Source of the DNA: Nanobdellati archaeon
GTDB lineage: Archaea > Nanobdellota > Nanobdellia > Woesearchaeales > GCA-2686295
NCBI GenBank assembly: GCA_014384375.1
Contig: JACNFY010000019.1
Span: forward strand, 100,262-164,261
Direction: 5' to 3'
Length of the DNA stretch: 64,000 nucleotides
The notes beneath the pieces were generated by a model. The model had not been told where the DNA came from. It ran no database searches and saw nothing but the letters and a program-made list of their open reading frames with translations. The translations under genes were made by a program, and so were the position numbers. Positions 1-8,758 of this stretch are shown here, one piece after another (positions within the stretch are counted from its first letter, which is position 1; each line of letters opens with the position of its first letter).

Positions 1-456
1 GACAAAGACAAGGTTGACATTGATAAGAGATTCCTTGGTAAAGTCAAAGCTCTGACAAAGGATGTTGCTGACAAAGGATTCCTTGTTTCTATATTCATGA
101 ATTTCTTTGATGTTCATGTTAATCGTGCTCCAATCTCTGGAATAGTAAAATATGTTAAGCATTCCAAAGGTAGATTTATCAACGCTGAAAGACTGGCTGC
201 AACTTTTGAGAACGAGAATGTTCAAACCCTTTTCCAAGATAGAAATTTTAAACTGAAAGTTATACAGATAGCAGGTATGGTTGCTAGGCGAATAGTGCCT
301 TTCATAAAGGAAAAAGAAAAAGTTATTAAAGGTCAGAAGATAGGAATTATAAAACTTGGAAGCCAGGTAACTCTGATACTCCCTGCGAATGTGAAGATAA
401 ATGTTCATGAAGAACAAAAAGTTTTTGCAGGAGAAACAGTAATAGCTACAAGATGA
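1..456 (+). CDS. psd: phosphatidylserine/archaetidylserine decarboxylase proenzyme (5' end outside the window)
   Basis: Frame 1 is open from base 1 (DKDKVDIDKRFLG...FMNFFDVHVNRAPISG). Short Psd-family sequence with the self-cleavage type motif KLGSQV. Stop overlaps the pssA start by 4 nt. Confidence 0.8.
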   Translation, partial: DKDKVDIDKRFLGKVKALTKDVADKGFLVSIFMNFFDVHVNRAPISGIVKYVKHSKGRFINAERLAATFENENVQTLFQDRNFKLKVIQIAGMVARRIVPFIKEKEKVIKGQKIGIIKLGSQVTLILPANVKINVHEEQKVFAGETVIATR

Positions 457-950
457 AGTTGAAAAATCAAGTGCCAAATGTCTTGACATTGATTAATCTA
501 GCACTTGGATTTCTTTCAATAATTTTTTCTTTTAATCATCAGTTTACTTTATCAGCTGTTCTTATACTTGTTGCAGTGTTCTTCGATTTTTTAGATGGAC
601 AAATAGCTAGGACTTTTTACATTGAGTCAAAGATCGGGATTGAGCTGGACTCCTTGGCAGATCTTGTGTCATTTGGAGTAGCTCCTGCAGTTATGATGCA
701 CGCTATTTTTCAAAGCGATGTATTGATGATAATATTAGTCTTTTATGTCTTGGCGGGTGCTTTCAGGCTTGCAAGGTTTCATGTACTAAAGAGTAAAATT
801 GAGGGTTTTCTAGGCATGCCAATAACAGTTAATGGTTTGTTATTTCCAGTCCTTTACTTTGTTGGAGCAAATCTTGAGATAGTAGCGGTTATATTTGTTG
901 TTTCACTTGTTTTAATGGTTAGCACTCTACATTTCAAAAAGGTGATTTAA
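453..950 (+). CDS. pssA: CDP-alcohol phosphatidyltransferase, archaetidylserine synthase type
   Basis: Complete D-x2-DG-x2-AR-x8-G-x3-D-x3-D motif (DFLDGQIARTFYIESKIGIELDSLAD). Multi-TM protein in an operon with psd and carS. Confidence 0.85.
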   Translation: MKLKNQVPNVLTLINLALGFLSIIFSFNHQFTLSAVLILVAVFFDFLDGQIARTFYIESKIGIELDSLADLVSFGVAPAVMMHAIFQSDVLMIILVFYVLAGAFRLARFHVLKSKIEGFLGMPITVNGLLFPVLYFVGANLEIVAVIFVVSLVLMVSTLHFKKVI

Positions 951-1480
951 TGTTATTAGAAGCTCTTTACTACTTTTTACCAGCCTATATGGCTAATACT
1001 ATTCCGCCATTTTTGAAGTGGGTACCATTCCTCAACAATCCGTTAGACTTTGGAAGGAACTTTAGAGGTGAAAGAATATTTGGAGACCATAAGACAATAA
1101 GAGGGTTCTTAGGCGGTTGCTTATTTGCCATGTTGATATTTTATATCCAAAAGCTTCTATATCAGGTTTCATTCTTCCAGAGCATTAGTATAGTAGATTA
1201 TTCGCAACAATCATTATTGCTTGGTTTCTTGCTTGGGCTTGGAGTCGTGGTTGGCGATGCAGTTGAATCATTCTTAAAAAGAAGAAGAAATGTAAAACCT
1301 GGAAAACCGTGGATACCTTTTGATCAATTGGATTTTGTGGTTGGGGCTTTCATCTTTTCATTTTTTGTATTCATTCCAGAAATAAAAATTTTGATTACTA
1401 TAATTATAATAAGTCCTATTCTTCAGTTGATATTTCATTACTTAGGATATGTTTTGAAGATTAATAAAGACAAGATTTAA
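950..1480 (+). CDS. carS: CDP-archaeol synthase (DUF46/CarS family)
   Basis: N-terminus LLEALYYFLPAYMANTIPPF and GDHKTIRGFLGG block. About five TM segments. Start overlaps the pssA stop. Confidence 0.75.
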   Translation: MLLEALYYFLPAYMANTIPPFLKWVPFLNNPLDFGRNFRGERIFGDHKTIRGFLGGCLFAMLIFYIQKLLYQVSFFQSISIVDYSQQSLLLGFLLGLGVVVGDAVESFLKRRRNVKPGKPWIPFDQLDFVVGAFIFSFFVFIPEIKILITIIIISPILQLIFHYLGYVLKINKDKI

Positions 1481-1506
1481 AAACAATAACTTTGAAGAAC
1501 TTTAAA

Positions 1507-2286
1507 ATGAGACTAGTAACTTACAACGTTGAATACGGTGAAGGGATAAACAGGCGGTGGAAATATCTTGAAGTGTTCAAGTTCTTTAAGATTGTTGGGA
1601 TGACTCTTTTGAATATTGCTGATTATCTAAAAACAGTAAACCCTGACATTTTAGGATTGATAGAGATAGATTCGGGGTCTGTTAGGTATTTAAAAAGGTC
1701 TGGTTCGCAACTATTTGCTGAGAGTTTAGAGATGGACTACTGGGTTGAGAAGACTAAGTATGCTAGAAAATCTGTCTACAAGGTTTTGAATTTCGTGCCT
1801 ATTGTTAGGAAACAATGTAATGCTATACTTTCAAAGTACCAGCTTCATGATACAAAGTTCTACTTTCTATCTAAAGGTATGAAGAGACTTATCATCTATT
1901 CAAAGATTAAAATGACTGCTGGTTTTGACACAGTTAATCTTCACTTATTTGCTGTTCATTTATCATTGAGGAAGAGGACAAGAGCTAAGCAGCTAAAAGA
2001 ATTAGGGGAAATAGTGGGTGTTTGTCCTTCTCCAAAGATAGTTTTTGGAGACTTCAATGTATTTAAGGGCTTATCAGAATTAGGTACTTTTCTTGAGTTA
2101 TCTGGTACTAGGAATGCGAATGAAACCGATGAATATAGTAAAACATTTCCTTCTTGGAAGCCAAAGCACTGGATTGACCATGTTTTTATCTCTCCTGATA
2201 TACTGGTTAAAAAGTATGAGGTTCTTGACGCTTCATTCTCAGATCATTTGCCTGTGATGATAGATTTCGAGATAAAAAATAACTAG
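1507..2286 (+). CDS. endonuclease/exonuclease/phosphatase (EEP) family phosphodiesterase
   Basis: MRLVTYNVEYG N-terminus, GDFNV and C-terminal SDHLPVMIDF motifs typical of the EEP fold. ATG at 1507 preferred over the TTG at 1492 in the ORF track. Confidence 0.7.
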   Translation: MRLVTYNVEYGEGINRRWKYLEVFKFFKIVGMTLLNIADYLKTVNPDILGLIEIDSGSVRYLKRSGSQLFAESLEMDYWVEKTKYARKSVYKVLNFVPIVRKQCNAILSKYQLHDTKFYFLSKGMKRLIIYSKIKMTAGFDTVNLHLFAVHLSLRKRTRAKQLKELGEIVGVCPSPKIVFGDFNVFKGLSELGTFLELSGTRNANETDEYSKTFPSWKPKHWIDHVFISPDILVKKYEVLDASFSDHLPVMIDFEIKNN

Positions 2287-3380
2287 AGTTTCTCAGACAA
2301 GTAGAGATGCATGCTCGCCCAAAGCATACCTTCATCTGCATAATAAAAAGCTAACTTATATGGTTTTCCAGTAGAGAAATATACTTCTAAGAATGTCTTG
2401 TACTTCTCGATAATTTTTGAGTATTGTTTTAGATAGTTCTTAGCCAAATTCTTATTCACTTTTGAAACTACTTCGATGTATGGGTAACCTATCATAGGCC
2501 ATATGGTTTGTGCCTGATAGCCTTTTGCAAAGGAGTCATACCAGACAACCTTTGGTTTTTCTTTGCTGTACTTTATGGGGAATGGTTTATCTAATTTTTT
2601 CTCTATTAATGTTTCAACAGCTGATTTCATCATCTTCTTTGAATCAAAAATCTCTGTCCAAAAAGGGAAAACATTGGCATCGCTTGTAATCATTTCTCTT
2701 CCAGAAAGATCATCGATGAAGTATGTTCCTGTCCAAAAGTTGTTCTTTATTATTTTTTTAAGGTTGTAGTCTTTCAAAGGATTTTTTAGCTTTAATTTTT
2801 CTAGGTTTTTTGATATCCAAGCAGACATGACATTGTCGTAACATGAAGATTCTCTTATTGAGTGATCTTTCATAGAGCTGAAATATTTTTTCTTGACAAG
2901 ACCAGTATTCTTTTCAATCACTTTCTCCAAGTATTTTCTTGCTTCGGATTCTAGGAATTCTTTGTATTGATTAACTATGTTTTTTTTGTCAAGAGTGATT
3001 AGAGAATGAAGTGTAAAAGCCAATGAATCAGGAGCAAATCTTGGAAAGTCAAAAGGTGTTTTCTTTGGACTTATGGTTGTGGTTATGTTCCTTTTCTCTT
3101 TAAATATTTTTAATGCGTAATTAAGAGTATTTCGTATTTCTTTTTCGTAACCTAGTTCTTTTAAGGGTTTAACACACAAACCAAAGTCTCTGCTCCAATA
3201 CTCACAGAAGTGTCCTTTACTTGCCATGAAGTAGTTTTTTTCATGATTGTAACAATCCTTTACTATCTCTCTGCAGATAGCTTTTGCATCACCAGAATAT
3301 TTTTTGAAACCTGTTTTTCTGACTCTTATTTTTCTTCTAAACATCTGCAATCCTTCTGTAAAGAAGATTGGTTTAATCAT
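2283..3380 (-). CDS. putative (alpha/alpha)6-barrel glycoside hydrolase-like protein
   Basis: 365-aa ORF with a YWSRDFG block resembling the W-x-RD signature of GDE_C/GH63/GH15-type barrels. No further motif confirmed. Confidence 0.4.
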   Translation of the reverse strand: MIKPIFFTEGLQMFRRKIRVRKTGFKKYSGDAKAICREIVKDCYNHEKNYFMASKGHFCEYWSRDFGLCVKPLKELGYEKEIRNTLNYALKIFKEKRNITTTISPKKTPFDFPRFAPDSLAFTLHSLITLDKKNIVNQYKEFLESEARKYLEKVIEKNTGLVKKKYFSSMKDHSIRESSCYDNVMSAWISKNLEKLKLKNPLKDYNLKKIIKNNFWTGTYFIDDLSGREMITSDANVFPFWTEIFDSKKMMKSAVETLIEKKLDKPFPIKYSKEKPKVVWYDSFAKGYQAQTIWPMIGYPYIEVVSKVNKNLAKNYLKQYSKIIEKYKTFLEVYFSTGKPYKLAFYYADEGMLWASMHLYLSEKL

Positions 3381-4387
3381 TTGGAATTATTTACATAGCT
3401 TTTTTTAATGGTTTGACTGACCCTTATACCGTAGTAGCTTAAGAAAAGCAGTCCTATAACACTCCACATCAAGTCTCTAGCCCTTACAAGCAAAGCAAGC
3501 GCTACTCCAGCTGCGCTTTTGATGTTAAGCATTGTGAAAACAGCTATTTGGCTGGCTTCAAGTGATCCTATAGCCATAGGTATTGGTATTAGAACAGCCA
3601 CACCTACAAAGCTGACAATTAGGAATATTGCTAGGAATGAGAAATTAAGTCCTAGTATGAGACCAGCAAGTTTATACTCGAAGAACATCAGCACCCAAGA
3701 AACAAAAGAAGCAATAAGCGCAAGGATAAAATCTTTTTTGTCTTTTTGAAAGAATTTTATTATTAGTTCTTCAAATGATTCTAATTTTTTCTCAGATAAA
3801 TTTAATTTTTTTATCTTATGAAGTTTTAATAACCTACAACTGCTTGCGATGAATCCTTTACCAGAAGCCATTCTTTGATAAACAAAAACCATCAATGAAA
3901 GGAAAGCAATCGCGAAAAGCAGCATGGTTATCTCTGTTTGTCCTGGTAAAGCAAATCTGAATAAGACTATCAACACACCTATGAAAAAGAAGAGGGCTGA
4001 TGAAGAAACCTCAATGGTTTTGTCAATAACAATTGATGAGAGAGCCTTTGGAAACTTTATCCCATGTCTTGTTAGGAGTGCAGCTCTTACAGGTTCACCA
4101 CCCAACTTGGCAGAAGGTGTCAAGTAGCTTATACCATAACCTATAAATCTGTATGCCAGTGTATTATAAAATGGTACTTCAATACCTTGACTTTTGAGAA
4201 TAATCTTCCACCTCCAAGCCAGCACAGCCATTAAGAAGATAGAAACAATCAGATATCCAATTATCGCTTCAGGAGTTCCGGATTGAAAAGAATTGATGAT
4301 TTCTTTGAATGGTATTACTTTAAGTATTATCCAAAGAGCAACTATTCCTGCGACTATCGATAATGATATGAAGATTTTTTTCTTCAT
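3377..4387 (-). CDS. flippase-like / lysylphosphatidylglycerol-synthase TM-region family membrane protein (UPF0104)
   Basis: 336 aa with about 8 TM segments and an N-terminal MKKKIF..signal-anchor. Overall pattern resembles the MprF flippase-domain family. 4-nt overlap with the upstream gene. Confidence 0.6.
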   Translation of the reverse strand: MKKKIFISLSIVAGIVALWIILKVIPFKEIINSFQSGTPEAIIGYLIVSIFLMAVLAWRWKIILKSQGIEVPFYNTLAYRFIGYGISYLTPSAKLGGEPVRAALLTRHGIKFPKALSSIVIDKTIEVSSSALFFFIGVLIVLFRFALPGQTEITMLLFAIAFLSLMVFVYQRMASGKGFIASSCRLLKLHKIKKLNLSEKKLESFEELIIKFFQKDKKDFILALIASFVSWVLMFFEYKLAGLILGLNFSFLAIFLIVSFVGVAVLIPIPMAIGSLEASQIAVFTMLNIKSAAGVALALLVRARDLMWSVIGLLFLSYYGIRVSQTIKKSYVNNSK

Positions 4388-4486
4388 CGATGAGGTTTAG
4401 TCAGGTCGAGTATATAAATATTTAGAAATGTTAAAGAATAAATTCTAAACAAATTTAAAAAGAGCTTGATAATTCTCATGATTGAT

Positions 4487-4621
4487 GGACCTGTAGCCTA
4501 GTCTGGCAACCTTTTGCAAAAAGCTTGGACAAAAGCATGTGGCATAAAACCACATAGGTTGGACAAATAAGGCATCAGCCTCCTAAGCTGAAGATCGGGG
4601 GTTCGAGTCCCCCCAGGTCCG
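4487..4621 (+). tRNA. tRNA-Arg(CCT) with a ~61-nt intron in the D-loop (about 4507-4567)
   Basis: Acceptor GGACCTG/CAGGTCC plus discriminator G. D-stem GCCT/AGGC interrupted after AGTCTGG. Anticodon arm TCAGC-CTCCTAA-GCTGA. T-arm GGGGG-TTCGAGT-CCCCC. Intron ends pair (CAACCT/AGGTTG) and it contains the hairpin ATGTGG/CCACAT. Confidence 0.85.
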
Positions 4622-4628
4622 CTCTAAA

Positions 4629-5591
4629 ATGATATTAAAGCAAATCCCTGAAGATTTTATTGTAAAAGAAATCCCTGGTTTTGAAGAGATGAATGGCTCT
4701 TATTCTATTTTTCTTCTAAAAAAAACTAACTATACAACTGAGAAAGCAATCCAAACAATATGTGATTCTCTTCATATTGATAGGAAGAGAGTTGGCTATG
4801 CTGGTATAAAGGACAAAAAAGCAATAACTTCTCAGTATATCTCTATTTATAAGATTAAAAAAGAGAAAGTTAGAGCTTTAGCATTAAAAGACATTGAATT
4901 AGAACATGTCTCTAATTCTAAAAAACCTATTTCTCTTGGCAATCTGGAGGGTAATAGCTTTGGAATAATAATTAGAGATTTGGATAAGAATGCTAAGATT
5001 AATACTAATAAAAAAATAAAGAACTATTTTGATGAGCAAAGATTTTCAAAAAACAATGTTGAAATCGGCAGAGCTATTTTGAAAAAGGATTTCAAGAAAG
5101 CAGTTGATTTAGTGTTAGAGAAAAAAGGCGACTATGAAGAAAAAGTTCATGCGTTTTTAGATAATCATCCCAATAACTATATTGGTGCCTTGAGAAAAGT
5201 GCCGCACAAAATTCTGTTACTGTTTGTTCATTCCTACCAAAGCCATATATTCAATAAGACTATAAAGAAAATTAATAGCCAAAAAAATATTAAGATTCCT
5301 CTAGTTGGTTTTGGCACAGAATACAAAGATGATAACGTTAGGAGAATAATAAAAGAAATTCTAAAAAAAGATAATATTTCTGAGCGAGATTTCGTAATTT
5401 CTTCTATGCCAGATTTAAGCTGTGAAGGAGAAGAAAGGGATTTTTATGTAGAACCGAAGGATTTAATGGTTTCTAAATTGGAAAAAGATGATTTGAATAA
5501 AGGAAAATACAAAGTAAGAATTAGTTTCTCATTGTCGAAAGGAGCTTACGCAACTAATGTTGTGAAACATTTTTTTAATCGAAACATTTAA
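4629..5591 (+). CDS. truD: tRNA pseudouridine synthase D (TruD/Pus7 family)
   Basis: N-terminus ILKQIPEDFIVKEIPG and catalytic block GYAGIKDKKAITSQ (GxKD). Start is 7 nt after the tRNA-Arg 3' end. Confidence 0.8.
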   Translation: MILKQIPEDFIVKEIPGFEEMNGSYSIFLLKKTNYTTEKAIQTICDSLHIDRKRVGYAGIKDKKAITSQYISIYKIKKEKVRALALKDIELEHVSNSKKPISLGNLEGNSFGIIIRDLDKNAKINTNKKIKNYFDEQRFSKNNVEIGRAILKKDFKKAVDLVLEKKGDYEEKVHAFLDNHPNNYIGALRKVPHKILLLFVHSYQSHIFNKTIKKINSQKNIKIPLVGFGTEYKDDNVRRIIKEILKKDNISERDFVISSMPDLSCEGEERDFYVEPKDLMVSKLEKDDLNKGKYKVRISFSLSKGAYATNVVKHFFNRNI

Positions 5592-5621
5592 ATAATATTT
5601 TGTTTTCTAAATATTTCAAAA

Positions 5622-5942
5622 ATGAAATATGTAACTCCTGATGAAGCTTATGATTACTTTTTAGCAACTTTATCAAATAGGAATAGAATTAAAATTCTTA
5701 ATCTGCTTTTGGAAGGTCAAAAGAATGTTACAGAACTAACAAAAGCGGTGGGTGTAGACCAAAGTACAATCTCAAACAATCTTGCAAGATTAAAGAGCTG
5801 TGGTTTTGTAACAATGAAGCCTAATGGAAAGGAAAGAATCTATATCATTAATAAAGAGACAACAGAGCCCTTGATGAGACTTATTAACATACACACAAAA
5901 AAATACTGCATTGAATGTATTAAAAGAGATAAGAAAAAATGA
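5622..5942 (+). CDS. ArsR/SmtB-family winged-helix transcriptional regulator
   Basis: LSNRNRIKILNLLLEGQKNVTELTKAVGVDQSTISNNLARLKSCGFV is a typical ArsR HTH core. Confidence 0.75.
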   Translation: MKYVTPDEAYDYFLATLSNRNRIKILNLLLEGQKNVTELTKAVGVDQSTISNNLARLKSCGFVTMKPNGKERIYIINKETTEPLMRLINIHTKKYCIECIKRDKKK

Positions 5943-6187
5943 AAGTCAAGATTTATTCAACACCTATGTGTCCATTTTGTAAAGCTGCAAAGCAGTTCTT
6001 TAAAGAGAATAATATTAAGTATAAAGATATTAATGTTCTTGAAGATGATAATGCAAGAGATGAAATGATTAAGAAAAGCGGTCAGATAAGTGTACCTGTT
6101 ATTGAAATTAAAAAGTCACATAGTGTTGGGATACTTATTGGTTTTGATGAGGGAAAGTTAAAGCAATCATTAAATGTGGAGGGATAA
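5939..6187 (+). CDS. glutaredoxin-like (NrdH/Grx) small thiol-disulfide oxidoreductase
   Basis: KIYSTPMCPFCKAAKQFF with CPFC active site, later VPVIEI. 82 aa. 4-nt overlap with the arsR-like gene. Confidence 0.75.
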   Translation: MKVKIYSTPMCPFCKAAKQFFKENNIKYKDINVLEDDNARDEMIKKSGQISVPVIEIKKSHSVGILIGFDEGKLKQSLNVEG

Positions 6188-6189
6188 AA

Positions 6190-6387
6190 ATGTCAGAACA
6201 ACAGCTAATAGGAAACGTGACTTGCCCGAAATGTAAGCATGTTCAACCAATGAAGATTCCAACAAATTCGTGCCGAGCATTTTACAAGTGTGAAGGTTGT
6301 GAAGAAGTTATTTCTGCAGAAAAAAGTTGTTGTGTATTCTGTGATTATGGAGATAGACCTTGTCCTGTATCATCTGAGCACAAATAA
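6190..6387 (+). CDS. GDCCVxC-type Cys-rich small protein
   Basis: 65 aa with CPKC, CEGC and C-terminal SCCVFCDYGDRPCP, the pattern of the GDCCVxC-domain family. All Cys are encoded by Cys codons. Confidence 0.6.
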   Translation: MSEQQLIGNVTCPKCKHVQPMKIPTNSCRAFYKCEGCEEVISAEKSCCVFCDYGDRPCPVSSEHK

Positions 6388-6415
6388 ATTAATAAGAAAT
6401 TATGAGTGTTGCTAA

Positions 6416-6994
6416 ATGAAAAGCAGTAATTATGTTGTTAGCTTAATTTTAGTAGCTCTATTATTACTATTCGGATGTTCTACTAATGCTGGACAAGAAC
6501 AGAATAGTAACTCGATTAGTTCTGTTGAGAGAATATATAATCTTGATCCGCAGAGAACATTTATTGATCAAGAAATAGGAGATTTTCATTTCATAAATAT
6601 TTTAACAGACAAACAAATACATTTTGATGATTTAAACAAAGACAAAGTTGTTATTATCCAATCTTTTTCTAATGGTTGTCCTGCTTGTGTTAGAGGCATA
6701 AAAGAGTATAACAAATTATATGACAAATACAAAGATTCTCTTGAAATCCTCTATATGAATATAAATCCGGATGATAAACCAGAAGAGATTATAAATATCA
6801 AAGAGACTTATAACGGAAGAGATTGGGTTTGGGCGAATTATCAAGGGTCATTACTGCCCTTTTATGAACAGTATGGTTTCAAAATGAATGATATGACATT
6901 CATTGTTGACAAAGGTGGAAGAATAGCCTACGCTGACTCTTTTTCCGTGCCATTAGAAAGAATCGAAAATGAACTAAGGAAATTAGGTGTTTAA
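6416..6994 (+). CDS. thioredoxin-fold (TlpA/redoxin-like) lipoprotein
   Basis: Signal peptide with lipobox-like LLLFGC. Thioredoxin-fold block IIQSFSNGCPACVRG (CPAC). Confidence 0.65.
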   Translation: MKSSNYVVSLILVALLLLFGCSTNAGQEQNSNSISSVERIYNLDPQRTFIDQEIGDFHFINILTDKQIHFDDLNKDKVVIIQSFSNGCPACVRGIKEYNKLYDKYKDSLEILYMNINPDDKPEEIINIKETYNGRDWVWANYQGSLLPFYEQYGFKMNDMTFIVDKGGRIAYADSFSVPLERIENELRKLGV

Positions 6995-6996
6995 TA

Positions 6997-7473
6997 ATGA
7001 AATTTCAAGTTATTTTTTTCCCGTTGAAAGAGAAAAAAACAATAAAAGTATTCCTCCTTTCTACAATAATAATTGCTATTGTTTATGTATCTTTTTCAAT
7101 TATTCTTTCGTTGCTGTCAACAAGGCCATTGCCTGAAGGTAGTATGATAAATATTTTGTTGTTTACCGGCTTTAAGGCCTTCTCAGGTTTTAATGTTTTT
7201 GATTGGGTAATTCTTGGGTTATTTCCAATAATAGGAGGACTTTTATATGCAAATTATTCTTATTGGAAATGTAAAGCAAATAAAGCTGCAAATGTAGGAT
7301 TAGTAGCTGGTTTGTTAGCAGCTACTTGTCCTGCTTGTATTCTTCCCGTAGTAGGAATTTCTTCCTTTATTGCTTTTTTAACTAAAATAAGCATTTATAT
7401 TAAAATAGTTGCTCTTCTAGTGTTGGTGTGGGGAACATTTTACGTTGCAAATATACAGTGCAAAACTAAATGA
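6997..7473 (+). CDS. small polytopic membrane protein with membrane-edge CPAC motif
   Basis: 158 aa with about 5 TM segments and the motif LLAATCPACILPVVG. Start is 2 nt after the thioredoxin lipoprotein stop. No family recognised. Confidence 0.5.
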   Translation: MKFQVIFFPLKEKKTIKVFLLSTIIIAIVYVSFSIILSLLSTRPLPEGSMINILLFTGFKAFSGFNVFDWVILGLFPIIGGLLYANYSYWKCKANKAANVGLVAGLLAATCPACILPVVGISSFIAFLTKISIYIKIVALLVLVWGTFYVANIQCKTK

Positions 7474-7491
7474 ATTATGAATGATTTAGAA

Positions 7492-8124
7492 TTATTCTTC
7501 CAAAGCTTTTATTATATCATTAGACACTGCTTCCATTGGTTGTTCGCCGTTGATGTTTTTTAGAATTCCTTTTTCTTCATAGAATTTCAACAAAGGTTCT
7601 GTTTGTTCATGATATATGGCGAGTCTTTTCTTTATTGCTTCTGGCTTGTCGTCATCTCTTATTATTAGTTTTCCTCCGCATTTGTTACACATTCCTTCCT
7701 GTTTTGGTTTGATGTATATTAGATTGTAATTGGTTTTGCAGTTAACACACACGCGTCTGCTTGAGATCCTTTTGATTAATTCTTGTTGCGAGACTTCAAG
7801 GTTTATCACAGCATCTATCTGGTAAGGTAGATTGTCAAGGAACTCTGCCTGATTTCTATTTCTTGGATAGCCATCGAGTATGAATCCTTTACTGCAGTCA
7901 TCTCTTGATAGTCTTTCTTCAATTATTTTGTTTGTGATTTCATCTGGAACTAGTTCTCCTCTATCAAGGATTTCCTTTGCCAGTTTTCCAAGCTCTGTTC
8001 CTTTGCTTATGTTCTCTCTGAAGATGTCGCCTGTTGAGATGTGTGGTATTCCATAATGCTCTGTAATTTTCTCTGCTTGTGTTCCTTTGCCAGATGCCTG
8101 TTGTCCGAATATTATCAACCTCAT
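7492..8124 (-). CDS. adk: adenylate kinase, long (bacterial/eukaryal class) form with Zn-lid
   Basis: P-loop GQQASGKGTQ, ISTGDIFR, and lid with CVNC...CNKC four-Cys motif. Confidence 0.9.
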   Translation of the reverse strand: MRLIIFGQQASGKGTQAEKITEHYGIPHISTGDIFRENISKGTELGKLAKEILDRGELVPDEITNKIIEERLSRDDCSKGFILDGYPRNRNQAEFLDNLPYQIDAVINLEVSQQELIKRISSRRVCVNCKTNYNLIYIKPKQEGMCNKCGGKLIIRDDDKPEAIKKRLAIYHEQTEPLLKFYEEKGILKNINGEQPMEAVSNDIIKALEE

Positions 8125-8128
8125 TTGT

Positions 8129-8599
8129 TCACCCGAAATAACTTAGTTCTAGATTTGTTTTTTTATCGCTGTTCCATGAATCTTTTATCTTTGTTATTAT
8201 TTTCTTCAACTCTGGCTTTATTGTTTGCCATGCATCGAAAAATTCCTTTATGTATTCTGCAGTCTCTTTTTCATCATAGCTTATTTCTAGATAAGAATTT
8301 TTTCTATAATAAAAGTACAGTTTTCTGTAGATCTTCAACACTTCCTTTTTTTCTTCATCGTTGAATGTGTTTGATTCGTGAAGACTGCTCAATTTTGTCT
8401 CTGGATTAAATATTTCTTCCAATAAGCTTGAGAAAAATTCTATTTTTTCATTTATCTTTTTTGCTATCTCTTTGAGCAGGAATTTCTTACTTTCTATTGT
8501 GCTTATCTGGAATCCTTTATCTAGTTCTTTCCAGCGTGGTAGTTTGTATTTCTTGCGGAGTTGATTGTACTCTTTTTCCATAAGAAATGCTAACATCAA
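8129..8599 (-). CDS. hypothetical protein
   Basis: 156-aa ORF placed 4 nt upstream of adk on the same strand. No motif recognised. Confidence 0.45.
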   Translation of the reverse strand: MMLAFLMEKEYNQLRKKYKLPRWKELDKGFQISTIESKKFLLKEIAKKINEKIEFFSSLLEEIFNPETKLSSLHESNTFNDEEKKEVLKIYRKLYFYYRKNSYLEISYDEKETAEYIKEFFDAWQTIKPELKKIITKIKDSWNSDKKTNLELSYFG

Positions 8600-8669
8600 G
8601 TATTATTTATAGTTTGTCTTTTATTCTTTTTCGAAAAATTTATATGCTACTTATATGAGTTAATAGGTA

Positions 8670-8758
8670 TACAAAAAAATTACAAATGTAATTTTTTATC
8701 GCAGAAACCTCTAAAAAAACTACAAGTGTCATACAAATAAATTACAAATAACATACAG
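8670..8758. repeat. phased TACAA repeats (11-bp period) plus a 10-bp-stem palindrome
   Basis: TACAA at 8670 and 8681. TACAA at 8721, 8732 and 8743, and TACAG at 8754 (exact 11-nt spacing). AAAAAATTAC-AAAT-GTAATTTTTT palindrome at 8674-8697. Confidence 0.6.

Noticed and set aside
6190-6387. Selenocysteine recoding in the GDCCVxC-type protein
   Set aside because: The motif cysteines are all encoded by TGT/TGC, and there is no in-frame TGA and no obvious SECIS-like hairpin.
7492-8124. Bacterial-type long adenylate kinase in an archaeon as evidence of horizontal transfer
   Set aside because: Class I Adk with a Zn lid is widespread in several archaeal lineages. Without a phylogeny this is not an anomaly worth a finding.
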